Assembly (NCBI RefSeq): GCF_030144855.1
Contig: NW_026781697.1
Span: 1 to 64,000, forward strand
Length of the DNA stretch: 64,000 nt
Origin: Hypanus sabinus
Taxonomy: Eukaryota
Reading direction: 5' to 3'
Numbering within the stretch: position 1 is the first letter of the stretch; every line of letters begins with the position of its first letter. Shown here in pieces: positions 23,501-35,427 of this stretch. Below the pieces are notes generated by a model. It was not told the DNA's origin. It made no database searches and was given only the letters and a program-made list of their open reading frames with translations. Made by a program: the position numbers and the translations under genes.

Positions 23501-24450
23501 CAGGGGGCATGGATTGAGAATAAGAGGTCAGTTATTTAAAACAGAGTTGAGGAAGAGCTTCTTCTCCCAGAGAGTTGTGGAGGTGTGGAATGCACTGCCT
23601 CGGAAGACGGTGGAGGCCAATTCTCTGGATGCTTTCGAGAAGGACCTAGATAGATATCTGATGGATAGGTGAATCAAGGGATATGGGGACAAGACAGGGA
23701 CTGGGTATTGATAGGGAATGATCTGCCATGATCTCAGAATGGCGGTGCAGACTCGAGGGGCCGAATGGTCTACTTCTGCCCCTATTGTCTATTGTCTATT
23801 GTCTATTGTCTACCTATCTATCTATCTCCCTGTCTATTCCAGCGAAGCTGTCTGCTCCAACAAACTTCGAGAAAGCCTGATTAATCCTACCAGGTCGCAA
23901 CTGGACTGTGGAACATAAAGACCAGAAATTCTGTTCACCTCAGCGCCGGAAGCATGTGTATGCTTCACTGAGAGTGCAGATGAAATTTGCCGGAATACTG
24001 CCCGGATTGGAAACCACTCCCTACAGGGAGAGATTGTGGGAGCTGAGACTTGCTTCTCTTGGAATAAAGGTACAAGAGAGGTCACATGATGGAAGTGTTT
24101 GAGAGGCGAAGAGGCATAGACAACGCCGCCATGCACTCAGCCAGTGTTGCTGAAGCTGTCCCGGTTTGAGAGACCAGCCATGCATTTAGCGCGTCGATTC
24201 AGGACAGTTACGAAGGAGAAGCTGAGTAAAATTTCTCATCTTTACTCACGAGGAAGAGACGAAACACTTACCGGGGACAGCTACAATGGCGAGGACAGGG
24301 TAGTAAACCAGTTTGAAGGACTCAAGCGCATAATAAAGTTCATAGTCCAACGGCAACAGCAACTTCATGATTTTTAACCAGTTACTGATACATCGAGGAA
24401 ATATTATTTACAGATGCCGCAGTATTCCGTAATGCATTTTGCGGATCCAT
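17520..24450 (-). pseudogene. Class A GPCR, GPR139/GPR142-like paralog 1 (damaged or truncated). Exon 1 24450 (or 24368)-24272, exon 2 18427-17589
   Basis: Exon 1 ends YYPVLAIVAVP G|GTAAGT and joins ACACAG|TC AAC (VNVVTIVILS). Seven hydrophobic segments and DRF at TM3. The first ATG (MDP, 24450) is out of frame with TM1, but an in-frame ATG lies at 24368. TAG at 17591-17589 replaces the Gln seen in paralog 2 and removes 23 C-terminal residues; the next in-frame stop is at 17522-17520. Confidence 0.8.
20290..23815 (+). mobile_element. Near full-length, inactivated CR1 (HER1-type) LINE inside the GPCR-1 intron, antisense to the gene
   Basis: ORF1 SGNH esterase motifs (LGDSIVRG, VVVHVGTND). APE endonuclease motifs (LYLNARS, GITETW, GGGVAL, VYRPP, GDFN, SDH). 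RT motifs (NYRPVSLT, QHGF, LDFQKAFD, GVPQGS, FADD). 3' (CTATTGT)n tail at 23781-23815. Several stops and frameshifts, and a deletion after FADDTKLGG. Confidence 0.95.
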
Positions 24451-25179
24451 TATTGCAATACTCCAGATTCCTGTTTCCGATGCAGCCTCTGTCCCCTCTC
24501 TCTATCTGAAACCCGCTGGCCTCTGATAGCGTAGACTGGCGGCTCAACTGAAACTGACATTGTGAGAGAGACATATTAATAGAACAAGTAACCAGAAGCC
24601 ACACCTCCGCGGTGACGGCGACAGACCCCAGGGACACTCCCTTCATTAAGTTCTTCGAAATAACAAGTGCAGTTAACCCTTTCTTTGTAAACTGTCAGAG
24701 AAGCAGTACAAACGCAGATTGAAAGTGTGTCTAATAATCCGAGCAGTCGTGTCTTTCCACGGATGTGTGTCGTGTCTGGAAATGGACACTAAACTGAGAA
24801 ACCTATTAACACACAGTCAGACACTGAAATACAACAGGTCTGGAAAAGGGAGTGAACGCAGCAAATATTAAATAAAATCAGCAGAATATTAACATAAACA
24901 GATTTTAAAAAGTATTTCTTAAATACCGTACTTAAAAAATACAGTTGCATAGGTGTATTGAAAATAATATAAAATTAGATAATTTTAAATAATGATTTTC
25001 AGGGAAAGCATCTTCGAACCAGCGGCCAAACTGGACATCGGGTGATTTGGGAAGGGAGAATTTCAGTCCGCACGGGTATAAAAAGCGACAGCGCGCCCTT
25101 GCAGTGAAAAATGCTTTGACCAGCGTCCAGGCGTAGTTCGCGGTTGATCTGCAAGAGGAAGGCAGTGTCAAATGCAGCA

Positions 25180-25870
25180 GCCATCTTCTGAATGGACCGT
25201 CAAGCTGGTGATCTTCGGGCTTCCTCTCGCCGAGGCTTCAGCTCAGGGACGCTACAGTCAAAGTAGGCAAAGGAAAGTACTTAATTAAGATTGTTTTTCT
25301 TCCCTTCTTTAAATCTGATCAGTTACGATAACAGAGATGCCAAGCGGGATAGTTACGTGCTCCTCTTGCGGGATCTGGGAAGGCTTGGAGACCTCCAGTA
25401 GCGCTGACGATCACAGCTGCGAAAGCTGCGTTCAGGCTGCAGCTTCTAACAATCTGCGTTAAGGAGAATGAGCTTGAAGTGGACGTCATCTTTCGGGAGG
25501 CTCAGTGATAGACAGGAAATATAGAGAAGAAGTTACACCCAGGGCCCTGGTGTCCAGCGATCAGTTGGCCTCAGTGGCTCAGAAAGGAAGTGGGCGTTGA
25601 GCGGTGTGGTGTCTGAGTGTATGTGGGGTGGGCGGGGAGCGGCATTATGAAAGTCACATTGTGGTGATACGATATTCGTTCGTGGTGCGGACAGCTGGTT
25701 TTGTCGCGACAACATCAGGGATGTCTCAGGTTGAGTCCTCAGCATAGTTAACTGGGAGAGTGAACAGCCAGGAAAAGTGGCCCATTGAGTTACCAGTGAC
25801 ATGAGCAGGATGATGGAAGAGGCACTGCAATGCCAATTCCGGGAGTAGAGCTAAGTTAAAAGGCAGGACT
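25180..25870 (+). mobile_element. Ancient CR1 5' end and ORF1 N-terminus lying head-to-head with GPCR paralog 1
   Basis: Translates in pieces as CSSCGIWEG...CESCVQLQLL...ENELEVD, the CR1 ORF1 zinc-finger/leucine-zipper start. Confidence 0.7.
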
Positions 25871-27289
25871 TTCTGGATTTCCAACCCGTGCCCCGTGCTT
25901 GTGAGGCCGGAACCAGGAAGACTATACCGAACAAAAGGTTGCTAAAGATTTGCTTTTACATCCCAGCCGTCTGGAAATGGGTGCAAACATTGCATTTCGC
26001 TTGCTCAACTTTCTGTTTATCTTCCTGAAGGGAATCGTCCCAAAATGTTCTGAAGCTCTGCTTTTTTTCAATTTCTCACCATTGTTTAAAAAGTCCAGGC
26101 CTGTACAGAGAGTATGCAGTTTACTATAGGCCGAACGAGTTATAAAAACAAATTATTTAATGGATATAATCATTTGGACCACACATAACAGTTAGAAATC
26201 AATATCTGACAAAAACGGCTGAAATGCGCTGAAATAAAAGAGGAAAGTCAAAGACGGTGGAACATCGACAGGGTAAATAAGTCCAGAAAGGAAGTTTTAC
26301 CAGCTGCTGAGAAACAGAAAAGACACAAAACCTTACTGTGAATACAAGAGCCAGATTCCTACACATTACATGAGGACCGATTACAGACAGGGCGATTCAT
26401 AATAACCGTCCGGATAAAATAACACAGTTTAGACAAAGAACAACAATTATTCAACAGATGCAGCCATTGGGAACTCAGATAACAGACAGAAATCGATGTT
26501 TGTAAAAAGCACCACCATATGCTGAATGAAAAGAGGAACGTTAAAGAGAATGAAACATGAACATGGTTAATATTGACCCTAAAGTAATATTTGTAACAAG
26601 TATCATCACAGTCATGACAAAACCGCATTGAAATATTTGCCCTACAGATAAAATCTTTATGTAATTTTCAAGAAATCTGCAACACTAAACACCTTTAAAT
26701 ATGTCGAAAGCTCCGAACTATTGAGAAACGGGCGAGTTTGGTTCAGGTTTTATCAGCGGGGCGGTGACTGTTGTTATCCACTCCCGGTCAAACACCTGAT
26801 GTCAGCAATGTCACAAATGCTCCTAAACCTCAATTAGGAATCCTAATCCCTGAATCAAGTCACTGGTACAAGGGAAGAAAATCACACCAAAGTCCAGCTG
26901 CGCCGTTGTCAAGAAAGGTTGCTTTACTTCTTTAGTTCCTGACAAGGACAAGGAAATTCACTCGGAGCCTCCTGAGTCTCACCAATATTGAAAGCTTCCT
27001 GTGCTTTCCCAATTAGCGGCTAATAATTGACTTGGCTGTTTACCATGTTGTAGATACTTTGTCTGACTCANNNNNNNNNNNNNNNNNNNNNNNNNNNNNN
27101 NNNNNNNNNNNNNNNNNNNNNNNNNNNNNNNNNNNNNNNNNNNNNNNNNNNNNNNNNNNNNNNNNNNNNNNNNNNNNNNNNNNNNNNNNNNNNNNNNNNN
27201 NNACCCAGCCAGAATAGACGTTTTTAAAGATATTGAGGTGGCAGAAAGTAAACGATAACGTTACATGAATTATAACATTATACTATCTG

Positions 27290-28390
27290 GAGTATTGGCT
27301 GGTCGTCAGAAAACTGAGAGTGGAAATAATGGGATCCAACTCTGGATGCCTGCCGGTTAACAGCGGAGTTCCACAGGGCTCATCGTTGGAACAGTTGCTT
27401 TTTAAGTTGTATATCTGTCAGTGATTTTGGAAACTGAATTCATGGATCTGTGGCTAAAATTGACGATGATAGAATGATAGTTGGAGGATCGTGCCGTGTT
27501 GAGGAAACACTCAGACTGCAGAGAGACTGAGATAGTTTAGGGAAGAAGTGACAAGTCGAATACAATGTTGGAAAGTGTATGGCCATGCCCTTTGGCAGAA
27601 GCAATAAACGGGCAGACCATTACTTATGTGATGTAATGCTGCGGCTCTATAAGGCACTCATGAGACCATACTTGGAGTACTGTCTGCAGTTTTGGACTCC
27701 TTATTTCAGACAGGATGCAATGACATTGGAGAGGATTCAGCGAAGATTCGCAAGAATGATTCCAGGAATGAAAGGGTTACTGCATGAGGAAATGTTGGCT
27801 GCTCATGAGCTGCATTCCCTGGAGTTCAAGAAAATGAGGGGGGTTCGCATAGAAATATTCTAAATGTTAAAAGGCCAGAACATTATGGGGCAGGGGATTG
27901 AAGATCAAGAGGGCAAGATTAAAGGATGTCCATTTAGAACAGAAATGCGGTGAAATCTCGTTAGGCAGACAGTGGTAAATCTGTGGAATTTGTTATCCCA
28001 AGCGGTTGTGAAGAGACCCAATGACTATTGGGTGCATTTATAACCATATAATCATATAACAATTACAGCACGGAAACAGGCCATCTCAGCCCTGGTCCGA
28101 GATTTAAGGCAGAAATAGACAGGTTCTTGATTAGCCAGGGCGTCGAAGATGAAGGAGTGAAGGCAGTCAGTAGGAACCCGGCCGAATGGCCTAATTCTGT
28201 TCCTATAACCTATGGACCTATGGTCATATAACCACGTCATGATATAGATTCCATTGTCAGGAGAAAAGTCAGAAGATTCTGTGAGCCTGATAGCGATACC
28301 CGCATGGCGTACTGCCTCCAATTTGCCAGGGTACGGGATGTCTCGTAACTGGTCCAGAATACTCTGAAGGGAGGAAACTCAGCAGTGAAT
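27290..28390 (+). mobile_element. Degenerate CR1 ORF2 fragment followed by a CR1 ORF1 esterase fragment
   Basis: GVPQGS-like sequence at about 27365, then LYKALMRPYLEYCLQFWTP...LERIQRRF. A DSIVR...RRFC...DTRM..CL..ARVRDVS-like sequence lies at about 28245-28345. Confidence 0.75.
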
Positions 28391-31300
28391 GCTGTATAAA
28401 CACGTCGTGCCTTGTCTTTTTTTTTTATAATTTGCAACATCGCTGGCCATATCTCCATAGGCCACTATGAAATCAGAGGAAAAGATTCAAAATGTTGAAA
28501 ATATTTCTCTACCTCTGTTTCACGAAATGGAGGAACTAATTTAAATTCCTGACTAACAAAAAACGTTTTTTCTAGAAACTGAGGATTGATGACAATAGCT
28601 TAATTCGGCCATCGGATGTTCAAATTCCCTCTTTATATCCTCAGTTACTCACTGACATAATTCCAAGTTAGCTTCCAATTGTTTCTGTTTTAACTCAGCT
28701 TCTATTCCAAGCTTTTCTAAAGCTACCTGTTCCAGGTGTAACTGGCTCGCTGCTTTACTTACAGGGAGACTACCGAACACAGCTGCATTATAAACAACCT
28801 AATCTATATAGACTCCGCGATTTTCCTCTGAATTACAGGCTTTGTTGTGGTCATCGAAATACCCTTAAGTTCCAAACTGCTTGCAATCAGAGACACTTCA
28901 CTATTTCGCCTTCGCTAATAACTATGGTCATGCGAGAGAGTCGTCAATATTCATTGCTGCTGAATACCACTCTCAAACCAATCAAACAAAAGAATCGGAT
29001 ATATCCCTTTTCCAAAATTGACTGCAAAGTGAACAAGCATTTTAGCACAAAATCTGAGGAAATCCCGAGAGCCCCCAATTGTTACGGTACAGCAGCATAG
29101 GATATCGAACTGAGACAGGTTTTTACAAACCAAGAAACATTGATTTAAACTCAGCTCAACAACAATCGAAAAGTAAACAAACGACTACCTTAACCGGAAG
29201 TTAACTGTTATACGGCAACTCGAACAGTTCTTAAAGCGATAAATGCGATAAATATCTGAAAGCGATAAATGCGAGCTGAGTCTGAAAAAGATACATGTAA
29301 AAGTCAAGTTGCTTTAGACAGTCAATGAGGAGAGACTTCCCTGAAGTAACGAATTCATCGACGACGTTGTGTTACTGTTGATCCCAGTCGAAATTTGACT
29401 TGCCCGAAAGATTTACGAGGAAGTAAATTAAAATGGCTTAAAAGAACTGACCTTTTACCTTGGCGAATGACACTGACGCAATCCTTTCTGCTCTTATCGC
29501 AGCGATTATCTCGGGTGTAGATTACTATCTCATTGAACGAGGAATCAATAAGGACAACTCTGTATTAACGCCGACGACCCCAGGTTTACACGGTACTCAC
29601 ACTAGCGGGTAATTACATCACCCCACCATAACAAGACCATAACACCATGCTTACCAGATACCCATTTAAATCTTGTCATAAGACTGTCACAACGCACCCA
29701 CGGGGTATGCAACAGGATTAAAGCATACTCGTCAGCTAATTCAGCAGACTCCTGCAACACAGCAGTGTCCCTCGCACTTATCACTTTAATAACTGTTAGA
29801 GTTGCCGATAATCGTTTATTTACTTTTCACTTGTTGTTGAGCTGAGATTAAGGAAATGTTTCACTGTTTATATATAAAAAAACGTCTCGGTTCTATACCA
29901 ACTGTTGCAATAGTTTGACATCATTTATTTCAACAGGGATATTATTTTTAAATTCCTCCATTAAAATCAAATCTTTCAATTTATTACAGACCCATTTACA
30001 TTTTTAGTGGAATACCATTTCTCAACACACACCGCTCTCCCGTAGGCAATTTCCACGAAAGTTTTTTTTTCCACGGATTTGTTCAAATCTCTGAATCTTT
30101 CTCTTTATGCTTCCTGAACCAATTAAATGATTTCTATATATGCTGCCTCACAATATAATTATCAAATGCTTGCTCAGCAGTTAAAGCCGTATAAACACGT
30201 TGTGTCTTGCCTGTTTTACACTTTGTAACTTGACTGGCCACTTCTCTTTTGGCCACTCTGAAATCAGAGCCTCAGTTTCAAAATGTTGAAAATACTTCTC
30301 TGCTGCTGTTTCAAGAAATGCAGGGTCCACTTTAATTTCCTGACTAACAATAAACGTTTTTCTACAACCAGAGAACCGATCACCAGACCTTAATTCCGCC
30401 AACGCGTTCAAATTTACTCTTTTTATGTTCAGCTTCCAACCGACGTAGCTCCGAGTTCGCTTCCAGTTGTTTCTGTTTTAACTCAGCTTCTATCAAAAGA
30501 TTTTCTAACACTACCTTTTCCAGGTGTAACTGGATCGCTGCTTGACTTACAGGGAACCTATCTAACACAGATGCCACAAAAACACCGTAATCTATATCGT
30601 GCTCAACGATTTTCCTCTGAATTACAGGCTTTGTCGCAACCGTCGGAATACCCTTAAGTTCCAACCTGCCAGCAATCTCAGATAGATAACACTTTTTCGC
30701 CTTCGCTAAAAAATCTGGTGAGTCGAGAAAGTGGTCAGTATTCCTTCTTTCCGAATACCATTCATACACCAGTCACACAAAAGAATCGGGCATTTACAGT
30801 TGCCAAAACAGGCTGCTAAGTAAATAAGCGTTTAAACACAAACGCGAGATATATCCCGGGAGCCCCCAGTTGTTACATTATAGCAACAATGGGTATACAA
30901 CCTAGACATGTGGTTTTTTTTATAAACAACGAAAAATTTCCTTACAGTCAGCTCAACATCAAGTGAAAAGTAAACAAACGATTAACTAAGCGGAAGTTAA
31001 CGTCTGTACGGCAACTCTAACAGTTATTAAAGTGATAAATGCGAACACAGTCTTAAAGCCATAAATGCGAACGCAATCTTAAAACGATAAATGTAATCGT
31101 CCAAGAGATTTAGGTAGTCAATTAGGAGACACTTTCCTGAAGTAACTGATGATTCCAGCTGTAATTTGCCTTGCCCGAATGATTTACGACGAAGGAAATT
31201 AAAACGGCTTCAAGTACCTGACTTCTTCCTTGGCGAATGAAACTTCCCGAATCCATTCTGTTCTTATAGCAGGGATTATTTCGGACGCAGGTTACAATCT

Positions 31301-34300
31301 CATTGAACGAAGAATCAGTAAGGTCATCTTTGTATTACCGCCGACGACACCAACTTTACACGATCCTCCCGGTTTTCCGCAATTCGGTAAATTCTTCACT
31401 CTCCGACTAATCTAAACATGGCAGCATTGTAGCCGTCGAAATACCCTTAAGTTTGAACCTGCTGGCACTCTCAGATGCACCACTATTTTTTGCCATCGCT
31501 AAAAACTCTGGTGATGCGAGAAAGTCGTCAATATTCATTGTTGCCGAATACCACCCACAAACTATTAAATTAAACGAATCGGTTATTTCCCTTTGCCAAA
31601 ACAGACTGCTAAGTAAACAAGCGTTTAAGCACAAAAACGGACATATCACAAGAGCCCACAATTATTACCCTATATCAATAATGGATATAGAACCTAGATA
31701 GATTTATTTAAACTGAGCTCAGCAACAATCGAAAAGTAATCAACCGAATAACTTAACTGGAAGTTAAATGCTGTACGGCAACTCGAACAGTTCTAAAAAC
31801 GATAAATGCGAATGCAGTTTTAAAGACATGAATGCGACCATAATTTAAAAAACAATAAATATAAAAGTCCAAGTGATTTAGGCAGTTAATTAGGAGAGTC
31901 TCTCCTGAAGTAACGAATTTCTCAACGTCGACGTTATTCTTGTTCCTGGCAAAAAATTCCTTGCCCTAAGGATTTACGATGAAGGAAATTAAAACGGCTT
32001 GAAGTAACTTTCATTTTTTCTTGCTGAATGACACTGCACCAATCCTTTCTGCTCTAATAGTAGTGATTATCTCGGATGTAGGTTACTATCTCATTGAACG
32101 AGGAATCAATAAGGTCAACTCTGTACTACCATCCGTGACACCAACTTAACACGATCCTTCGGGTTTTCTGTAATTGGGCAAAAATTTCACTGTCCGACTG
32201 CACTAAAACTAGCAGCGTTGCGACTTAACAACCGGTAATAACCTTTTAAACTTAAGATGGAGTGTAAAGTTCCACTTTAAAACAGAACTGCATTTTGAGA
32301 CGAATACGCAGCATAACCAAGTAAATAACGTATTAAACAAAGAACTGACCTGCGTCACAACACGTCTTTCCCGTTTTATAACTGTTTAAACAGGCCATCG
32401 CATGACCTCTACCGCGAAAATTACATCATGTGACCCCACACTGGCGTGTAATTACATCACCCCACCATCAGAAAACCATAATATCATGTTCACGAGATAC
32501 CCAATTAAATCTTGTCATAAGAGAGTTACAATACACCCACGGGGCATGTAACAGGATTAAAGTATACTCGTCAGCTAATTTAGAAAGGCAGCAGCATCCC
32601 TCTCATTAAAGTATTATTTCAACTGGGATTTACGCTACCTATTCCAGGTGTAACTGGACTGCTGTTTGACTTATAGTGAGCCTATCTAACACAGTGGCAT
32701 CAAAACATGCTAATCTAAATAGTGCTCCGCGATTTTCCTCTGAATTACAGGCTTTGTTGTAAATGTCGAAATACCCGTAAGTTCCAACCTGCTGGCAATC
32801 TCAGGAACATCATACTTTTTCGCCTTCGCTAATAACTCTGGTAATGAGAGACATTCGTCAATATTCATTGTTGCCAAATACCATCCTCAAACGAATCAAA
32901 CAAAAAATCGTGTATTTCCCTTGTCCAAAAGAGACTGCTAAGTAAACAAGCATTTAAACATAAAACAGACCATATCCATGAGACCCCAGTTGTTACGGTA
33001 CGGCAGCAATGAATATAGAACTAAGACAGGTTTTTGAATAAACAAAGAATCATTTATTTAAACAACAATTGAAAATAAGCAAAGGACGAACGTAACCGGA
33101 AGTTAACTGTTATACGGCAACACGAACAGTTCTTAAAGCAATAAATGCAAACACTGTCTTAATGGGATAAAAGTAAAAGTCCAAGTGATCTACTCAGTCA
33201 TTTAGGAGTGACTTCGCTGAAGTAAAGAAATATCGACGTAATTTTACTGATGATCCAACAAGAAATATTCATTGCCCGAAGGAATTACGACGAAGGAAAT
33301 TAAACGTGCTGAAAGGAACTGAAAATTTTCCTTGGCTATTTACATATTTACAGAAAACCCATCTCTCAAAACACACATCTTTATCGTAGGCAATTCCACG
33401 TAAGTTCTACGAGTGTATTCAAATTTCGCCTTCGTTAATAACTCTGGTGATGAGAGAAAGTACTCAATATTCATTGTTGCCAATTACAACCCACAAACCA
33501 AACAAATAGAGGAGAGGAATCAAAGGGAAGAATCAGATATTTTAATTTTCCAAAACAGACTTCGACGTAAAGAAGCATTGAAGCACAAATACAGAACCTA
33601 TCCCGAGAGCCCCCATTTGCTACGGTACGGCATCAATGAATACAGAACTGAGACATGCTTTCATAAAGAAAGAAACGTTTATTTAAACTCAGCTCAAAAA
33701 CTATTAAAGTAAACAAACGACTAACTTACCCGGAAGGTAACTGCTATACGGCAACTCGCCGTATTGAAATTTTGAAAGTGATAATTGTGAACGTGGTCTT
33801 AACGCGATAAAAACGAACACAGTCTTAAAACGATAAATGTAAAATTCCAGGTAATTTAGATAGTAAATTAAGAGAGACTTTCCGGCAGTAACGAATTCCA
33901 CGACGACCTGGTTACTGCTGTTCCCAGCGGAAATATGCCTTATCCGAAGGATTAACGATGAAGGAAATTAAAACGGCTTAAAGGAATGACCGTTTTCCTT
34001 GGCGAATTACACTGCCCACATCATTTCTGCTCTTTTAGCAGGGATTATCTCGAATGCAGGTTACTATCTCTTTGAACGAGGAATCAATATGTTCAACTTT
34101 GGATGACCGCCGACGATACCAAATTTAATCGAACAGTTCTGAAAGTGATAAATGCAAACACAGTTTTAAAGTGCTAAATGTAAAAGTCCAAGTAATCTGG
34201 ACAGTCAATTAGGAGAGACTTTGATGAAGTTACGAGTTCCTCGACGACGTGTCGTTTACTGCTGATCGCATCCGAAATATGCCTTGCACGAAGGATTTAA

Positions 34301-35427
34301 GATGAAAGAAATTTAAACGGCTGGAAAAAACCGACCTTTTTCCTTGGCGAAAGACAATATCTCAATCCTTTCTGCCCTTATAGCAGGGCCTATCTGGAAT
34401 GCAGGTTACTCTCACTTTGAACGAGGAATCAATAGGTTCCACCCTGTATTACCGCCGACGACACCAACTTAAATCGATCAATCGGATTTACCGTAAATGG
34501 GCGAATTCTTCACTCTCCGGCTGGACTAATTCTGACAGCGTTGTGGCGAAACTGCCAACAATAGTCTTTGAAACTTCAGGTAGAATGGAATACACCACTT
34601 TCGAACAGAACTGCATCATGTGACGATACGCAGCATAACGCAGTAACTGAACAATGAAACAACCAACTGACCTTCGTCACAGCAAGGCTCTTTCGTTTTA
34701 TACCTGTTGGAAGACACATCACATGGACACTACCGGGAAAATTAAATCACGTGACCTCACAATGGCGGGGAATTACATCAATCCACTATCACGAGACCAT
34801 GACATCATTCACACCAGATACCCAATTACATCATTGTAAGAAGACAGTTATAAGACACCGACTGGGTATGTAACAGGATTAAAACATACTCATCAGCTAG
34901 TTTATCAGACTCCTGCAAGCTAGCAGTGTCCCTCTCATTTAAGTATTTCCTATCCTCAAAAGGGATGTTCCTTTTAAATTCCTCCATTAAAATCAACTTA
35001 TTATAGTCCCGATTTACATTCTCAGAAGACACTGCAAATTCCATGTACGTTTTTTTTTTCCCCCACGGATTTCTTCTAATTTCGGAATCTTTATCTGTAT
35101 GCCTCCGGATCCTGTTCTTTGGTTTCAGTATATACTGCTTCACAATATCAGAATCAAGTGTTTGCACATCTGCTAAAGCTGTATAAACATTGTGTCTTGC
35201 CTTTAATTACGCGGTGAAACATCACTGAGCATTTCTCCTTCGGCCACTCTGAAATCCAAGCAACAGTTTCAATATGTTGATAATATTTCTCTGCTCTGTT
35301 TCACAAAATGGAGCATCTAATTTAATTTCGTGACCAACAACAAACGTTTCTTTATAACCCGAGGACTGACCATACACGTTGATTCCACAAAAGCATGTTC
35401 AAATTCCCTGTTTTTTTTTAAATTTTC

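Noticed and set aside
20318-23672. Esterase, endonuclease and reverse-transcriptase ORFs as host genes or an active element
   Set aside because: They are pieces of one CR1 LINE with several stops, frameshifts and an internal deletion.
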